From contig OY970333.1 of NCBI GenBank assembly GCA_963717405.1, positions 899,645-963,644 of the forward strand: DNA of 64,000 bases, given 5' to 3'. Of this stretch, positions 1-10,442 are shown one piece after another. The notes below the pieces were generated by a model, which searched no databases, was not told the DNA's origin, and saw only the letters and a list, made by a program, of their open reading frames with translations. The translations under genes and the position numbers were made by a program. The number at the start of each line of letters is the position of its first letter. Position 1 is the first letter of the stretch. This stretch comes from an uncultured Actinomycetes bacterium. Its GTDB lineage: Bacteria > Actinomycetota > Thermoleophilia > Gaiellales > Gaiellaceae.

Positions 1-61
1 AGGCCGCGAGGTAGGTAAGCCCCCCGACGGCGAGCACCCAGCGGCCGCGGTCGGTCAGCAC
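1..61 (-). CDS. DUF58-like protein, N-terminal fragment running off the left edge
   Basis: GTG at 61-59 lies about 16 nt after the moxR stop and is preceded by GGAG. It reads VLTDRGRWVLAVGGLTYLAA, a hydrophobic N-terminus like the DUF58 proteins that usually follow MoxR ATPases. Only 20 codons are visible. Confidence 0.3.
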   Translation of the reverse strand, partial: MLTDRGRWVLAVGGLTYLAA

Positions 62-77
62 GAACGGCTCCGCACGG

Positions 78-1055
78 TCAGACCGGAACCGGAGTTCGCT
101 CGACCAGGTCGCGGACGAGCTCGGGATTGTCGAGCCCGGCCGACCTCGCCTCCGGGGCCGCGATCAGACGGTGGGAGAGAACCGCGGGCGCAACTTCCTT
201 CACGTCCTCGGGCACGACGTAGTCGCGGCCGGCGACGAGCGCCCGCGCCTTCGCAACCCGGAGCAGGTTGATCCCGGCCCGCGGGCTGGCGCCGAGGTGG
301 AGCCTCGTGTCGCCCCGGGTCTGGCGGAGGAGCGTGACGACGTAGCGCGCGATGCTCTCCTCGACGTAGACGCGTCGCGCGTCCTCGATCGCCGCGATGA
401 CCTCCTCGGCGCTCGCCACCGGGCGCAGCGACTCGAGCGGCTCTCGCGTCGTCTGCTCGTCGAGCATCCGCGCCTCCGCCGCGAGCGGCGGGTAGCCGAT
501 CGCGATCCGCATCGTGAAGCGGTCGAGCTGGGCTTCCGGAAGCGGATAGGTGCCCTCGTACTCGATCGGGTTCTGGGTCGCCATGACCAGGAACGGCGGC
601 GCGAGCTCGTACGTGACGCCGTCGACGGTGACCTGGTTCTCCTGCATGCACTCGAGGAGCGCGGCTTGCGTTTCGGGGAGGTGCGGTTGATCTCGTCGAC
701 GAGGAGGACGTTGGTGAAGACCGGGCCCGGCCGGAACTCGAACTCGTTGGAGCGCTGGTCGAAGACGTTCACGCCCGTCACGTCCGACGGCAGAAGGTCC
801 GGGGTGAACTGCGATCCGGGAGAAGGACAGGTCGACCGAGCGCGCGAGTGCCTTGGCGAGCGTGGTCTTTCCGACGCCCGGGAGGTCCTCGATGATGAGG
901 TGGCCTTCGCTGAAGAGGCAGAGCACGGCGAGATCGAGCGTCTCGTCAGGCGCGTGCATGACGCGGCGGAGGTTGTCCGTCACGCGTCGATGGAGCTCGG
1001 CGGAACGCGTCGCCTCGACACGCTCGCCGACGCCGACCAGCTGCTCGTCCATCAA
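78..1055 (-). CDS. MoxR-family AAA+ ATPase, with the reading frame internally disrupted by a compensating indel pair
   Basis: Walker A '[14 protein letters not shown]' and '[24 protein letters not shown]' are typical of MoxR/AAA_3. About 46 central codons (roughly 672-811) are nonsense in this frame. The overlapping ORF 200..781 reads the expected '[36 protein letters not shown]' (Walker B). Confidence 0.85.
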   Translation of the reverse strand: MMDEQLVGVGERVEATRSAELHRRVTDNLRRVMHAPDETLDLAVLCLFSEGHLIIEDLPGVGKTTLAKALARSVDLSFSRIAVHPGPSAVGRDGRERLRPALQRVRVPAGPGLHQRPPRRRDQPHLPETQAALLECMQENQVTVDGVTYELAPPFLVMATQNPIEYEGTYPLPEAQLDRFTMRIAIGYPPLAAEARMLDEQTTREPLESLRPVASAEEVIAAIEDARRVYVEESIARYVVTLLRQTRGDTRLHLGASPRAGINLLRVAKARALVAGRDYVVPEDVKEVAPAVLSHRLIAAPEARSAGLDNPELVRDLVERTPVPV

Positions 1056-2224
1056 TCTCCCTTCAGGAGGAGCGAAACTTCGTCGAGCACGGCCGCCGCC
1101 ACCTCCGTTTTCGATCGTTTGCCCACGGTTCGCTCGCCCCGCTCCGTGACGAGGACGACCTCGTTGTCCTCGGCGTCGAAGCCGATGTCCGAGCGGGATA
1201 CGTCGTTAAAGACGAAAAAGTTCCCCCCTTTGCTTGCGAGCTTCTCGCGTGCCCGTTCGAGCCCACGCTCGCCCTCGTCGGCGGCGAAGCCGACGAGCAC
1301 CTGGCCGTTCCGACGCCCAGAGGCGAGCTCCGCGAGCACGTCCTCGGTGGGTTCGAGCTCGAGCGTCCACGACTCCTTGGTCTTCGCACGCTTACCCTGC
1401 ATCGGTTCTCCCGGCCGGTAATCGGCGACCGCCGCGGCCATGATGACCGCGTCGGCGCCCTCCGCATGCGCGAGAGTCTCACGCCGAAGGTCGGCCGCCG
1501 TGGGCGCCTTCACCACCTCGACGCCGGGCGGTGGCGGGACAGCGGCATTGGCAAGAACGAGCGTGACGTCGGCGCCGCGGCGCCTCGCCTCGGCCGCGAG
1601 AGCGATTCCCATCCGGCCGGAGCTGCGGTTCCCCAGGAAGCGCACCGAGTCGATCGGCTCGCGCGTCCCGCCGGCGGTGACGACGATCCTCCGTCCCGTC
1701 AGATCCGCGTCTGCGAGACCCCTCGAGCCGACAAGCGCGAGGAGCCGTTCTACGATCGCCTCGGGCTCGCTCATCCGACCCGGGCCCTCCTCGCCCTCGG
1801 CAAGCTCGCCGGACACCGGCTCGACGAACTCAACGCCGCGCTCGCGGAGGAGCGTCACGTTCGACTGCGTCGCCGAGTGCTCCCACATCCGCACGTTCAT
1901 CGCCGGCGCGACGAGAAACGGCCCCCGGTAGGCGAGGGCCGTCTGCGTGAGGACATTGTCGGCGAGCCCGTGCGCGAGCTTCGCGAGCGTGTTCGCCGAG
2001 AGCGGTGCGATCGCGAGCGCGTCGGCGGCCACCAGGTGAGGGTAGAGCTCGCGCGGCGCCTTGCGGCGGGCGAGGGCCTCCAGCGTCTGGAGGCCGATGA
2101 AGCGCTCGGTTTCGGGGGTCGGGACCGGTACGACCTCGTGCCCCTCCCTGACGAGCAGCCGAATCGCCTCGCACGCCTTGTAGGCGGCGATGCTCCCGGT
2201 GACTCCGAAGAGGATTCTGCTCAC
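1052..2224 (-). CDS. coaBC: Bifunctional phosphopantothenoylcysteine decarboxylase / phosphopantothenate-cysteine ligase
   Basis: 390 aa. It has the N-terminal flavoprotein motif 'ILFGVTGSIAAYKA' and the C-terminal CoaB 'VTAGGTREPIDSVRFLGNRSSGRMG'. It follows rpoZ as in actinobacteria. Confidence 0.9.
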   Translation of the reverse strand: MSRILFGVTGSIAAYKACEAIRLLVREGHEVVPVPTPETERFIGLQTLEALARRKAPRELYPHLVAADALAIAPLSANTLAKLAHGLADNVLTQTALAYRGPFLVAPAMNVRMWEHSATQSNVTLLRERGVEFVEPVSGELAEGEEGPGRMSEPEAIVERLLALVGSRGLADADLTGRRIVVTAGGTREPIDSVRFLGNRSSGRMGIALAAEARRRGADVTLVLANAAVPPPPGVEVVKAPTAADLRRETLAHAEGADAVIMAAAVADYRPGEPMQGKRAKTKESWTLELEPTEDVLAELASGRRNGQVLVGFAADEGERGLERAREKLASKGGNFFVFNDVSRSDIGFDAEDNEVVLVTERGERTVGKRSKTEVAAAVLDEVSLLLKGD

Positions 2225-2275
2225 TCGATCCCTTCCAGAGCGCCGCCTCGACGCGGGCCTACCGGCCCCTGCCGG

Positions 2276-2506
2276 CTACTTGGCGTAGTCGTACGTGATC
2301 TTGCCCTCGGAGATTTCCTCAAGGGCCATCGTGAGGTAGTTCTTCGACCGCGACTCGACGAGCGGCGGCGGAAAGTCGTCGAACGTCCCCTCGCCGAGCT
2401 GGTGGTGGTAGTTGTTGATCTGCCGGGCGCGCTTGGCCGCGACGATGACGAGCGCGTAGCGGGAGTCGACCTCGACAAGCAAATCGTCAATGCGTGGATA
2501 GATCAT
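2276..2506 (-). CDS. rpoZ: DNA-directed RNA polymerase subunit omega
   Basis: 76 aa with 'SRYALVIVAAKRARQINNY'. It sits in the gmk-rpoZ-coaBC context. Confidence 0.9.
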   Translation of the reverse strand: MIYPRIDDLLVEVDSRYALVIVAAKRARQINNYHHQLGEGTFDDFPPPLVESRSKNYLTMALEEISEGKITYDYAK

Positions 2507-3090
2507 GTGCGGCTCAGTCTACCGACGCGCTCGAGCTCACCGCGCACGACGCCCTCGAGCTCCTCGACAGCACGCTCGAGGTCGTCGTTCAGGACCACCC
2601 GGTCGAACGCGTCGGCCTCTTCCTTCTGCTCCCGCGCCATCGCGAGCCGCTCGTCGATCTCTCCCATGCTCTCGGTTGCGCGCGCGTGGAGCCGCCGCTC
2701 GAGAGCCGGCAGCGGAGCATCCACGAAGACCGTGTAGCTGCCGTCCACCTCGTCCCGGACGCTCCTCGCGCCTTCCAGCTCGAGCTCGAGAACGGGCACG
2801 CGCCCGCTCTCGGCAATGCGGAGGATCTCGGAACGGAGCGTCCCTGAGCGCTGCCCCCAGGGAAAGCGAACATGCTCGAGGAACTCTCCCTCGGCGAGGC
2901 GGCGGTCAAACTCGGCGTCTGAGAGGAACCAGTAGTCGCGACCGTCGACCTCGATCGGCCGGCGCTCGCGCGTCGTCGCCGAGATCGCGAGCTCGAGCTC
3001 GGGCACTCGCCTGAGTATGCGCGCGATCAACGTCCCCTTCCCGGCCCCGGACGGACCAGTGACGACGAAGACCTTCGGTGCGCCGGTCAG
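2503..3090 (-). CDS. gmk: Guanylate kinase (start unresolved)
   Basis: P-loop 'VVTGPSGAGKGT' and 'ISATTRERRPIEVDGRDYWF'. The 307-aa track ORF (to 3426) overlaps mihF out of frame, and homology starts near 3085. The only start there is CTG 3090-3088, which overlaps the mihF stop. The next canonical in-frame start is GTG 3168-3166. Confidence 0.8.
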   Translation of the reverse strand: MTGAPKVFVVTGPSGAGKGTLIARILRRVPELELAISATTRERRPIEVDGRDYWFLSDAEFDRRLAEGEFLEHVRFPWGQRSGTLRSEILRIAESGRVPVLELELEGARSVRDEVDGSYTVFVDAPLPALERRLHARATESMGEIDERLAMAREQKEEADAFDRVVLNDDLERAVEELEGVVRGELERVGRLSRT

Positions 3091-3416
3091 CGGTGCAGGA
3101 GCCCGACCAGCTCCGTCCGCTGGCGATCGGAGAGACCGCCGACGGTCTTCGACTGGCTGATCCGGCACTGGTTGAGGAACCGGGCAGCCTTGACCCGGCC
3201 GAACTTGGGCACCGCCATCAGGATGTCGATCACCTTCGCGGTCTCGACATACTCCGGTGGGTCGCGAAGGACGGACTCGATGCCTACCGTTCCCGCCTTG
3301 AGGTCTTTCTTCAGCTGTGCACGCCGGACGCGGATCTCGTTGGCCCGCCGCAGGGCCTCCATCCGTTGATCCAGTGAACGGAGAGGCGCTTGCACCTGCG
3401 TCCTCGAAGCCTGCAT
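3087..3416 (-). CDS. mihF: Actinobacterial integration host factor
   Basis: From ATG 3416 the sequence reads 'MQASRT...LRRANEIRVRRAQLKKDLKAG...VPKFGRVKAARFL...GLSDRQRTELVGLL'. This resembles mIHF by eye, and it sits upstream of gmk as in actinobacteria. Confidence 0.8.
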   Translation of the reverse strand: MQASRTQVQAPLRSLDQRMEALRRANEIRVRRAQLKKDLKAGTVGIESVLRDPPEYVETAKVIDILMAVPKFGRVKAARFLNQCRISQSKTVGGLSDRQRTELVGLLHR

Positions 3417-3455
3417 GGCGCGGCATTCTAGCAGCGCCCCAGCCGGGTTCAAGTT

Positions 3456-4343
3456 TCAGGAATCAGGGCTATTTGCAGGCGATTTTGCCTTATCAGACAA
3501 CAGCCCCTCGCCGTCCACGTGCGCTAGACCGCGTACCTGGGCCGGGTCGGAGAGGCCCAGGAGCTCGAGCTCGCGCACGAGTTCGACCCTGATCCGGGCG
3601 GGCGCAGAGGGATCCGCGAAGAGCGCCGTCCCGACCGCGACAGCCGAGGCTCCGGCAGCGAAGAGGTCGAGGGCATGCCTGCCCGTGGAGACTCCGCCCA
3701 GCCCGACGATGGGAAGCGCGGTGGCGCGATAGCAGGCGTGAACGGCTGCCAGTGCGACAGGTCGAAGCACGGGCCCCGAGAAGCCTCCTGTGGCGGTCGA
3801 GAGCACCGGACGGAGGTCTCGGTCGAGCACGAGACCGCGCAGCGTGTTGACGAGCGTGAGCCCCGCCGCACCCGCCTCGGCCGCCGCGACCGCTGCCCAC
3901 GCGACGTCGGGAAGAGCCGGCGAAAGCTTCGCGTAGAGCGGCTTCCGGGTCGAAGCCCGCGCGGCAGAGACGATCTTCGCGGTCGCGGAATCCGGCGCCT
4001 TGACATTCGGGCAGGAGACGTTCAACTCGATGACGTCCACGGGTGCCGGGTCAAGCCGGTCGCACACCTCCGCGTAGTCGTCAGCGGTGAAGCCTCCGAC
4101 CGAGACCCAGATCGGGACGTCGAGCTTCCGAAGCGCCGGCAGAGTCTCGGCGAGGAAAGCATCGATCCCGGGGTTGGCGAGCCCGATCGAGTTCAGCATC
4201 CCGGCTTCCACCTCCGCGATCCGAACTGGTTCGTTTCCCTCCCGTGGGAGCGGGGTCACCGTCTTCGTCACGAAGGCGTCGAGTTGCCGCGCGACGTCGG
4301 GAGCAACGAGCGCGTCGAGACAGCCCGAACCGTTCAGGATCAA
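3456..4343 (-). CDS. pyrD: Dihydroorotate dehydrogenase, class 1B catalytic subunit
   Basis: 'NSIGLANPG', 'ELNVSCPN', 'GGFSGP' and 'GLGGVSTG' are present. Homology starts at 'LILNGSGC'. TTG 4343-4341 overlaps the pyrK stop (TTGA). The upstream part of the 366-aa track ORF overlaps pyrK out of frame. Confidence 0.85.
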   Translation of the reverse strand: MILNGSGCLDALVAPDVARQLDAFVTKTVTPLPREGNEPVRIAEVEAGMLNSIGLANPGIDAFLAETLPALRKLDVPIWVSVGGFTADDYAEVCDRLDPAPVDVIELNVSCPNVKAPDSATAKIVSAARASTRKPLYAKLSPALPDVAWAAVAAAEAGAAGLTLVNTLRGLVLDRDLRPVLSTATGGFSGPVLRPVALAAVHACYRATALPIVGLGGVSTGRHALDLFAAGASAVAVGTALFADPSAPARIRVELVRELELLGLSDPAQVRGLAHVDGEGLLSDKAKSPANSPDS

Positions 4344-5047
4344 GCTGCCACGTCCCTTGGAGCCAGGTCGAGGGTCTGACCCCTGACCTGGCCGCTGAGG
4401 ACGGGGCCTTCCACGCAGAGGCGCTTCAGGCTCCCCTGGATCTCCACGACGCAGCCGTAGCAGGCGCCGAAGCCGCATGCCATCGGCGCCTCCCAGGCGA
4501 GTTGGGCGCTCGGGGCAAGCCGGGCGACGGCGTCGAGCATCGGCTCGGGTCCGCACGCGAGAACATCGTGGCCGGGTGGAATCGCCTCCGTGACGAAGCG
4601 CGGCGCAAGAACTACCTCCTCGGCGCCGGGGAGGAGCGACGCCGCCTCGGCATGCGCCGGGCTTCGAAAGCCGACGAGCACCGGAGCACCGGGCAGGTGC
4701 TCGGCCAGATACGGGAGGGGCGCGATCCCGACCCCGCCGCCGACCAGGAGGGGGCGCTCGACGTCGAGCCGGAAGCCGCGGCCGAGAGGGCCGAGCACGT
4801 CGAGGCGCTCGCCCGGGGCGAGGCCGGCCAGCGCCGCGGTCCCCGGGCCGACGACGTCGACGAGGAACGCGAGCTCCCCGCGGGGCGCCAGGCAGAGGCT
4901 CATCGGTCGCGGCAGGACGTGACCCGGCGGGCGGAGCATGAAAAACTGCCCCGGCGCGCCCGGATCGAGCCCGCCGCGCGCGATGCGGAGGAGCCAGTAC
5001 TGGCCAATCGCCTCGACCGCGACGACGCTACGCGCTTCGAGCCGCAA
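4340..5047 (-). CDS. pyrK: Dihydroorotate dehydrogenase electron-transfer subunit
   Basis: 235 aa. It has a ferredoxin-reductase-type fold and the C-terminal 2Fe-2S cluster '[13 protein letters not shown]...RLCVEGPV'. Confidence 0.85.
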   Translation of the reverse strand: MRLEARSVVAVEAIGQYWLLRIARGGLDPGAPGQFFMLRPPGHVLPRPMSLCLAPRGELAFLVDVVGPGTAALAGLAPGERLDVLGPLGRGFRLDVERPLLVGGGVGIAPLPYLAEHLPGAPVLVGFRSPAHAEAASLLPGAEEVVLAPRFVTEAIPPGHDVLACGPEPMLDAVARLAPSAQLAWEAPMACGFGACYGCVVEIQGSLKRLCVEGPVLSGQVRGQTLDLAPRDVAA

Positions 5048-8000
5048 CTCGCTCCTGCAAGGTCAGCGCGCTCTCCCGACCCGCCCCAGCGAGCGCCTCG
5101 ACAGCCGCAAAGGCACCGGCAAGGGTCGTGACGCACGGGATGCGGGCGACGAGAGCCGCCTCGCGGATCCGGTAGCCGTCCGAGCGCGCACCGCGCCCGG
5201 CCGGCGTGTTCAGGACGAAGTCGCAGCGCTCGCGGCGGATGAGATCGACGACCGTGGGAGCGTCCCCTTCCTCCCCCACTTTGCGGACCGCGGTGACCGC
5301 GAGCCCCGCACCCGCAAGCGCGCGCGCCGTACCGGCCGTGGCGCAGAGATCGAACCCGAGGGCGGCGAGCCGGTGCCCCAGCTCGCACGCGGCGTCCTTG
5401 TCCGCGTCCCGAACGGAGACGAACACGGTGCCGGAGTCCGGCAGCGGCCGGCCGGCGGCCCGCTCCGCCTTGGCGAACGCCGTCGGGAAGTCGGCCGCCG
5501 TGGCCATGACCTCACCAGTCGAGCGCATCTCCGGGCCGAGCACCGGGTCTGCCCCGGGAAACCGCGCGAACGGGAAGACCGACGCCTTGACGCTGACGTG
5601 CGAGATCGTTCCCTCTGGCGGAAGGCCAAGCGCCACGAGCCGCTCGCCGGCCGCCAGCCGACAGGCCGCGTCCACGAGATTGAGGCCGAGCGCCTTCGAC
5701 GCGAAGGGAACCGTGCGTGACGCGCGCGGGTTCGCCTCGAGGACGAGGAGCCTGTCGCCCGCGAGAGCGAGCTGTACGTTCACGAGCCCGACCACGCCGA
5801 GTGCCTGCGCGAGGCGGCGCACAACCTCTCGAACCTCGGCGAGCGCGACGTCCCCGAGCGAGGTCGGCGGCAGCACGCACGACGAGTCGCCCGAGTGGAC
5901 GCCTGCCTCCTCCACGTGCTGCATGACGGCGGCGACGTAGGTCTCCTCGCCGTCACAGAGCGCATCGACGTCGATCTCCACCGCGCCCTCGAGGAACCTG
6001 TCGACGAGGAGCCGCCCGGCCGAATTGCCCACGGCCTCCAGGAGACCATCCGGCCCGTAGCAGACCCGCATCCGCGCCCCTCCGAGGACGTACGACGGGC
6101 GAACGAGCACGGGGTACCCGATTCGCTCGGCGATCGCGAGCGCCTCCTCCTCGCCGTCGGCCATTCCCCACTCGGGCACGGCGATCCCGAGCCCGTCGCA
6201 GAGCGCTGCGAAACGTTCGCGATCCTCGGCGAGGTCGACGGCGTCGTGCGGCGTCCCGAGGATCGGAAAGCCGGCCGCCTCGACAGCCCGCGCCAGCTTG
6301 AGCGGGGTCTGTCCGCCGAACTGGACGACGACTCCTGCCGGCCGCTCGCGTCGGCACACCTCGAGCACCTCCTCGACGCCGAGCGGCTCGAAGTAGAGAC
6401 GATCCGACGTCTCGTAGTCGGTCGAGACCGTCTCCGGGTTGCAGTTCACCATCACCGTGTCGAAGCCGAGCGTCCGGAAGGCCTTCGACGCGTGGACGCA
6501 GCAGTAGTCGAACTCGATTCCCTGGCCGATCCTGTTCGGGCCGGCGCCGAGGATCACGACAGCCGGCCGGCTTCGGTCCGGCAGCGGGTCGTCGGCCTCG
6601 CCCCAGGTGGAGTAGAGGTAGTTCGAGCTCGCCTCGACCTCGGCCGCGCAGGAGTCGACGCGGCGGTATGCGGGCCGGACTCCCGCGCTCCAGCGGGCGG
6701 AACGCGCTTCCTCCTCATCCGCCCCGCAGGCGTCGGCGACGTCCGCGTCACTCCAGCCCAGGCGCTTCAGGCGCGTCCAGTCCTCGGCGACGAGGTCGGC
6801 AAGCGACCCGACCCGGCCGAGCTCCTCCCGCGCCTCTGCGAGCTCCCGCAGGAACCAGGGGTGCACGCCGTCCGGGAGCTCCTCGAGAGAGGCCCACGGG
6901 GCTGCGGCTGCAGGCTCGAGCTCCCGGGAGCGCATCGACTTCAGGAACGCCTCGGTGAACGTGCGTCCGATGCCCATCGCCTCGCCCACCGACTTCATCT
7001 GCGTCCCGAGGGTCGGGTCGGCCCCAGGGAACTTCTCGAACGCGAAGCGCGGAAACTTGACGACCACGTAGTCGAGCGTCGGCTCGAAGCTCGCCGGCGT
7101 CGTGCCTGTGAGGTCGTTCGGGATCTCGTCGAGCGTGTAGCCCACCGCGAGCTTGGCGGCCACTTTGGCGATCGGATAGCCGGTCGCCTTCGAGGCGAGG
7201 GCCGAGCTACGGGAGACGCGCGGGTTCATCTCGATGACGCGCAGGTCGCCCGTGTCTCGGTGCCGGGCGAACTGGATGTTCGAACCGCCGGTCTCCACGC
7301 CGACGGCGCGAATAATCGCCTGCGCGGCATCGCGGAGCTCCTGGAGGGCTTCGTCCGGGAGCGTCATCTGCGGCGCAACCGTGACGGAGTCGCCGGTGTG
7401 GACTCCCATCGGGTCGAGGTTCTCGATCGAGCACACGACGACGACGTTGTCCTTCGCGTCGCGCATGACCTCGAGCTCGAACTCGTCCCATCCGACGAGG
7501 GACTCCTCGACCAGCACCTGGCCGATCGGGCTCGCGGAGAGGGCGAGCGCGGCTTTGCTCGCGAGGTCCTCGGCGTCGACGGCGATCCCGCCACCCTGGC
7601 CGCCGAGTGTGAAGGCCGGTCGCAGGATGACGGGAAAACTGAAGTCCTCGGGCAGGTCGTCGAGGCTCGTCACGATCCGGGACTCCGGCACTCGGAGGCC
7701 GACCGACTCGACGGTCTCGCGAAAGGCGAGCCGGTCCTCGGCGCGGAAGATCGCCTCCCGGCCCGCACCGATGAGCTCGACGCCGAGCTCGGCGAGGATT
7801 CCCTCGTCGGCGAGCGCCACGGCGAGGTTCAGCGCCGTCTGGCCGCCGAGCGTCGGAAGGAGTGCATGCGGACGCTCGCGGGCGAGCACACCGGCGACGG
7901 ACTCGAGGTCGAGCGGCTCGACGTACGTGCGGTCAGCGAACCCGGGGTCGGTCATGATCGTCGCCGGGTTCGAGTTGACGACAATCGTGCGGAAGCCCTC

Positions 8001-8117
8001 TTCCCGGAGGACCTTGAGGGCCTGGGAGCCCGAGTAGTCGAACTCGCAGGCCTGACCGATCACGATCGGGCCGGCACCGAGGACGCAGACGGACTCGAGG
8101 TCAGGCCGCCTCGGCAA
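5028..8117 (-). CDS. carB: Carbamoyl-phosphate synthase large subunit
   Basis: 1029 aa. The TTG start gives '[30 protein letters not shown]', with a second half '[20 protein letters not shown]'. Confidence 0.95.
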   Translation of the reverse strand: MPRRPDLESVCVLGAGPIVIGQACEFDYSGSQALKVLREEGFRTIVVNSNPATIMTDPGFADRTYVEPLDLESVAGVLARERPHALLPTLGGQTALNLAVALADEGILAELGVELIGAGREAIFRAEDRLAFRETVESVGLRVPESRIVTSLDDLPEDFSFPVILRPAFTLGGQGGGIAVDAEDLASKAALALSASPIGQVLVEESLVGWDEFELEVMRDAKDNVVVVCSIENLDPMGVHTGDSVTVAPQMTLPDEALQELRDAAQAIIRAVGVETGGSNIQFARHRDTGDLRVIEMNPRVSRSSALASKATGYPIAKVAAKLAVGYTLDEIPNDLTGTTPASFEPTLDYVVVKFPRFAFEKFPGADPTLGTQMKSVGEAMGIGRTFTEAFLKSMRSRELEPAAAAPWASLEELPDGVHPWFLRELAEAREELGRVGSLADLVAEDWTRLKRLGWSDADVADACGADEEEARSARWSAGVRPAYRRVDSCAAEVEASSNYLYSTWGEADDPLPDRSRPAVVILGAGPNRIGQGIEFDYCCVHASKAFRTLGFDTVMVNCNPETVSTDYETSDRLYFEPLGVEEVLEVCRRERPAGVVVQFGGQTPLKLARAVEAAGFPILGTPHDAVDLAEDRERFAALCDGLGIAVPEWGMADGEEEALAIAERIGYPVLVRPSYVLGGARMRVCYGPDGLLEAVGNSAGRLLVDRFLEGAVEIDVDALCDGEETYVAAVMQHVEEAGVHSGDSSCVLPPTSLGDVALAEVREVVRRLAQALGVVGLVNVQLALAGDRLLVLEANPRASRTVPFASKALGLNLVDAACRLAAGERLVALGLPPEGTISHVSVKASVFPFARFPGADPVLGPEMRSTGEVMATAADFPTAFAKAERAAGRPLPDSGTVFVSVRDADKDAACELGHRLAALGFDLCATAGTARALAGAGLAVTAVRKVGEEGDAPTVVDLIRRERCDFVLNTPAGRGARSDGYRIREAALVARIPCVTTLAGAFAAVEALAGAGRESALTLQERVAARSA

Positions 8118-9144
8118 GGCTCACCTCCCTCACCCAGCCCGCGAGGATCGACCGCGCGTCGTGCGGGCCGGGACTCGCCTCGGGATGGAACTGAACGCTT
8201 CGCGCGCGCTCGCCGGGGAGGTCGATCCCTTCCACGGTGCCGTCGTAGAGCGAGACGTGGGAGACCGCGTCTCCGCTGCCCCGGACGCCGAACCCGTGGT
8301 TCTGCGAGGTGACGAGCACACGGCCGGTCGCGAGCTCGAGCACGGGATGGTTGGCGCCGCGGTGTCCGAAGGGAAGCTTGAACGTCTCGAGCTCAGCGGC
8401 GCGCGCAAGCAGCTGATGGCCGAGGCAGATTCCGAGCACCGGCACCAGGCCGAGCAGCCCACGCACGGTCTCGACCTCTGCGTCGAGAGCAGCCGGATCT
8501 CCGGGGCCGTTCGAGAGGAGGACGCCGTCGGGTCGCTCGGCGAGCACGTCTGCGGCACTCGTCGAGTGCGGCAGCACACGAACCGAGGCGCCTGCTGCGA
8601 CGAGCCGTCTCACGATCGACCGCTTGCAGCCGTAATCGAGCAGCGCAACTCGGGTCAGCCCGTTCCCGATCGTGTAGGGCTCGGCCGTCGAGACCTCGGC
8701 GGCGAGGGCGCGGCCCGCCATCGGAGGCTCCGCGGCAAGCTGGGCCTCGACCGCTTCGACCGAAGCCTCGCCCGCCACCAGCGCGGCCCGCATCGCGCCG
8801 TGCTCCCGGAGGCGGAGCACCAGGGTGCGGGTGTCGACCCCGTCGAGTGCGACGATGCCGTGGGCGGCGAGCCACGCCGGCCATTCGCGCCCGCCCGCGC
8901 GGCGCATGACGACGCCGCGGGCGTGCGGCCTCTCGGACTCGAGCCTGCTGTCGTCGACGCCGTAGTTGCCGACCATCGCAGCGGTGAACGTGACGATCTG
9001 GCGCGCGTAGCTCGGGTCGGTGACAACCTCCTGGTAGCCGGCCATCGAGGTCGTGAAGACGGCTTCGCCGAGCGCGATCCCGTCGGCGCCGGCCGAGCGG
9101 CCGGGGAAGACCGACCCGTCCTCGAGGAGCAGGAAGTCCCTCAT
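8101..9144 (-). CDS. carA: Carbamoyl-phosphate synthase small (glutaminase) subunit
   Basis: ATG 9144-9142 overlaps the pyrC stop (ATGA). 'GICLGHQLL' holds the catalytic Cys, and 'VQFHPE' is present. The first ~163 aa of the 510-aa track ORF are an out-of-frame overlap with pyrC. Confidence 0.9.
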   Translation of the reverse strand: MRDFLLLEDGSVFPGRSAGADGIALGEAVFTTSMAGYQEVVTDPSYARQIVTFTAAMVGNYGVDDSRLESERPHARGVVMRRAGGREWPAWLAAHGIVALDGVDTRTLVLRLREHGAMRAALVAGEASVEAVEAQLAAEPPMAGRALAAEVSTAEPYTIGNGLTRVALLDYGCKRSIVRRLVAAGASVRVLPHSTSAADVLAERPDGVLLSNGPGDPAALDAEVETVRGLLGLVPVLGICLGHQLLARAAELETFKLPFGHRGANHPVLELATGRVLVTSQNHGFGVRGSGDAVSHVSLYDGTVEGIDLPGERARSVQFHPEASPGPHDARSILAGWVREVSLAEAA

Positions 9145-10442
9145 GCCTCGAAGGCCGTCCGCCCGGCCGCGATTGTCAGCGCCACCTTGCCGGTCAGGGT
9201 GTGGCCGAGGAGCCAGGAGTTCGTGGACTTCGAACGGAAGCTCCGCTCCTCGGGCCGCCAGGCGGCGTCGAGATCGAGGAGGACGAGGTTGGCCGGCGCG
9301 CCGACGGCAACCCTCGGCCGCTCGAGGCCGTAGATCCGCGCCGGGCCGGCGCTCATCCGCTCCAGCAGGGTCGAGAGGCCGACCAGGCCGGGTTTGACGA
9401 GTCGCGTGTGGAGCGCCGCGAAGGCGGTCTCGAGGCCCGTGACGCCGAAGGGCGCCGCCTCGAACGGAACCTCCTTCTCGTGCCGGGCGTGCGGCGCATG
9501 ATCGGTCGCGACGGCGGCGATCGTCCCGTCGCGCAGACCGGCTACGAGCGCCTTGCGGTCCTCGTCCGCCCGAAGCGGCGGATTCATCTTCAGGTTCGGG
9601 TCGAGGCTCCGAAGTGCCTCGTCCGTCAGACACAGGTGATGCGGGGTCACCTCGCCGGTCGCCGCGACGCGAGCCGCCTGAGCGCGGGAGAGCGCCTCCA
9701 CGGATTCGCGCGAGGAGAGGTGCAGGAGGTGGAGCGGACGGCTCTCGTAGCCCGCCAGCGCCAGGTCGCGTTCGACCATGACGCTCTCGGCGACCGACGG
9801 GTAGCCCCCGAGGCCGAGCTCGGCCGAGACCTCGCCCTCGTGCATGTGCCCGCCGCGCGACAGCGTCGGCTCCTCGCAGTGGAGCGCGAGCGGCCGCCCG
9901 GCGGCGAGCGTGTACTGGAGCGCCCGCCGGAGGAGCGACGCGGATCGCACCGGCTGTCCGTCGTCTGAGAAGGCAGTAGCCCCCGCCTCGGCGAGCTCGA
10001 CCATCTCCGTCAGCTCCTCCCCCGCCTGCTCCTTGGTGATGGCCGCGACGAAGCCGACAGGAACCTCGGCCTCGGCGCGGGCGCGCTCGACCAGCGAGCG
10101 GAGGACGGCGGCGGAGTCCACGACCGGCTCCGTGTTCGGCATGGCGAGGATGGCGCAGTACCCGCCGGCTGCGGCCGCCGAGGTGCCCGACCGGAGATCC
10201 TCCTCATCCTCGCGTCCGGGCGTCCGAAGGTGGACGTGGGGGTCGACGAACGCGGGCGCCAGCACGAGGCCTTCCGCGTCGACGACGTGATGCTCGTTCG
10301 TGTCGAGCCCCGTGCCGAGCGCGGCGACGACCCCACCGTCGATTCTGACGTCGAGGATCGCGTCGACTTCCTCTGTCGGGTCGATGACGCGCGCGCCCCG
10401 GATCACGATGTCGTCGTGTCCCTGCTTGCCTGCGAGCATCAC
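9141..10442 (-). CDS. pyrC: Dihydroorotase
   Basis: 433 aa with 'VDPHVHLRTPG' and 'ATDHAPH' metal ligands. Confidence 0.9.
   Translation of the reverse strand: MMLAGKQGHDDIVIRGARVIDPTEEVDAILDVRIDGGVVAALGTGLDTNEHHVVDAEGLVLAPAFVDPHVHLRTPGREDEEDLRSGTSAAAAGGYCAILAMPNTEPVVDSAAVLRSLVERARAEAEVPVGFVAAITKEQAGEELTEMVELAEAGATAFSDDGQPVRSASLLRRALQYTLAAGRPLALHCEEPTLSRGGHMHEGEVSAELGLGGYPSVAESVMVERDLALAGYESRPLHLLHLSSRESVEALSRAQAARVAATGEVTPHHLCLTDEALRSLDPNLKMNPPLRADEDRKALVAGLRDGTIAAVATDHAPHARHEKEVPFEAAPFGVTGLETAFAALHTRLVKPGLVGLSTLLERMSAGPARIYGLERPRVAVGAPANLVLLDLDAAWRPEERSFRSKSTNSWLLGHTLTGKVALTIAAGRTAFEA

Noticed and set aside
5895-8312. An 805-aa plus-strand ORF.
   Set aside because: It is entirely antisense to carB, is Arg/Asp/Leu-rich with no recognisable motifs, and is the typical stop-free antisense frame of a GC-rich gene.
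9145-9633. N-terminal extension of carA in the 510-aa track ORF. Similar extensions occur on pyrB (to 12025), gmk (to 3426), pyrD (to 4556), the MarP-like gene (to 13831) and the DUF1611 gene (to 19447).
   Set aside because: The extensions overlap the upstream gene out of frame and are Arg/Pro-rich. Homology and coupled start/stop overlaps indicate the shorter starts.
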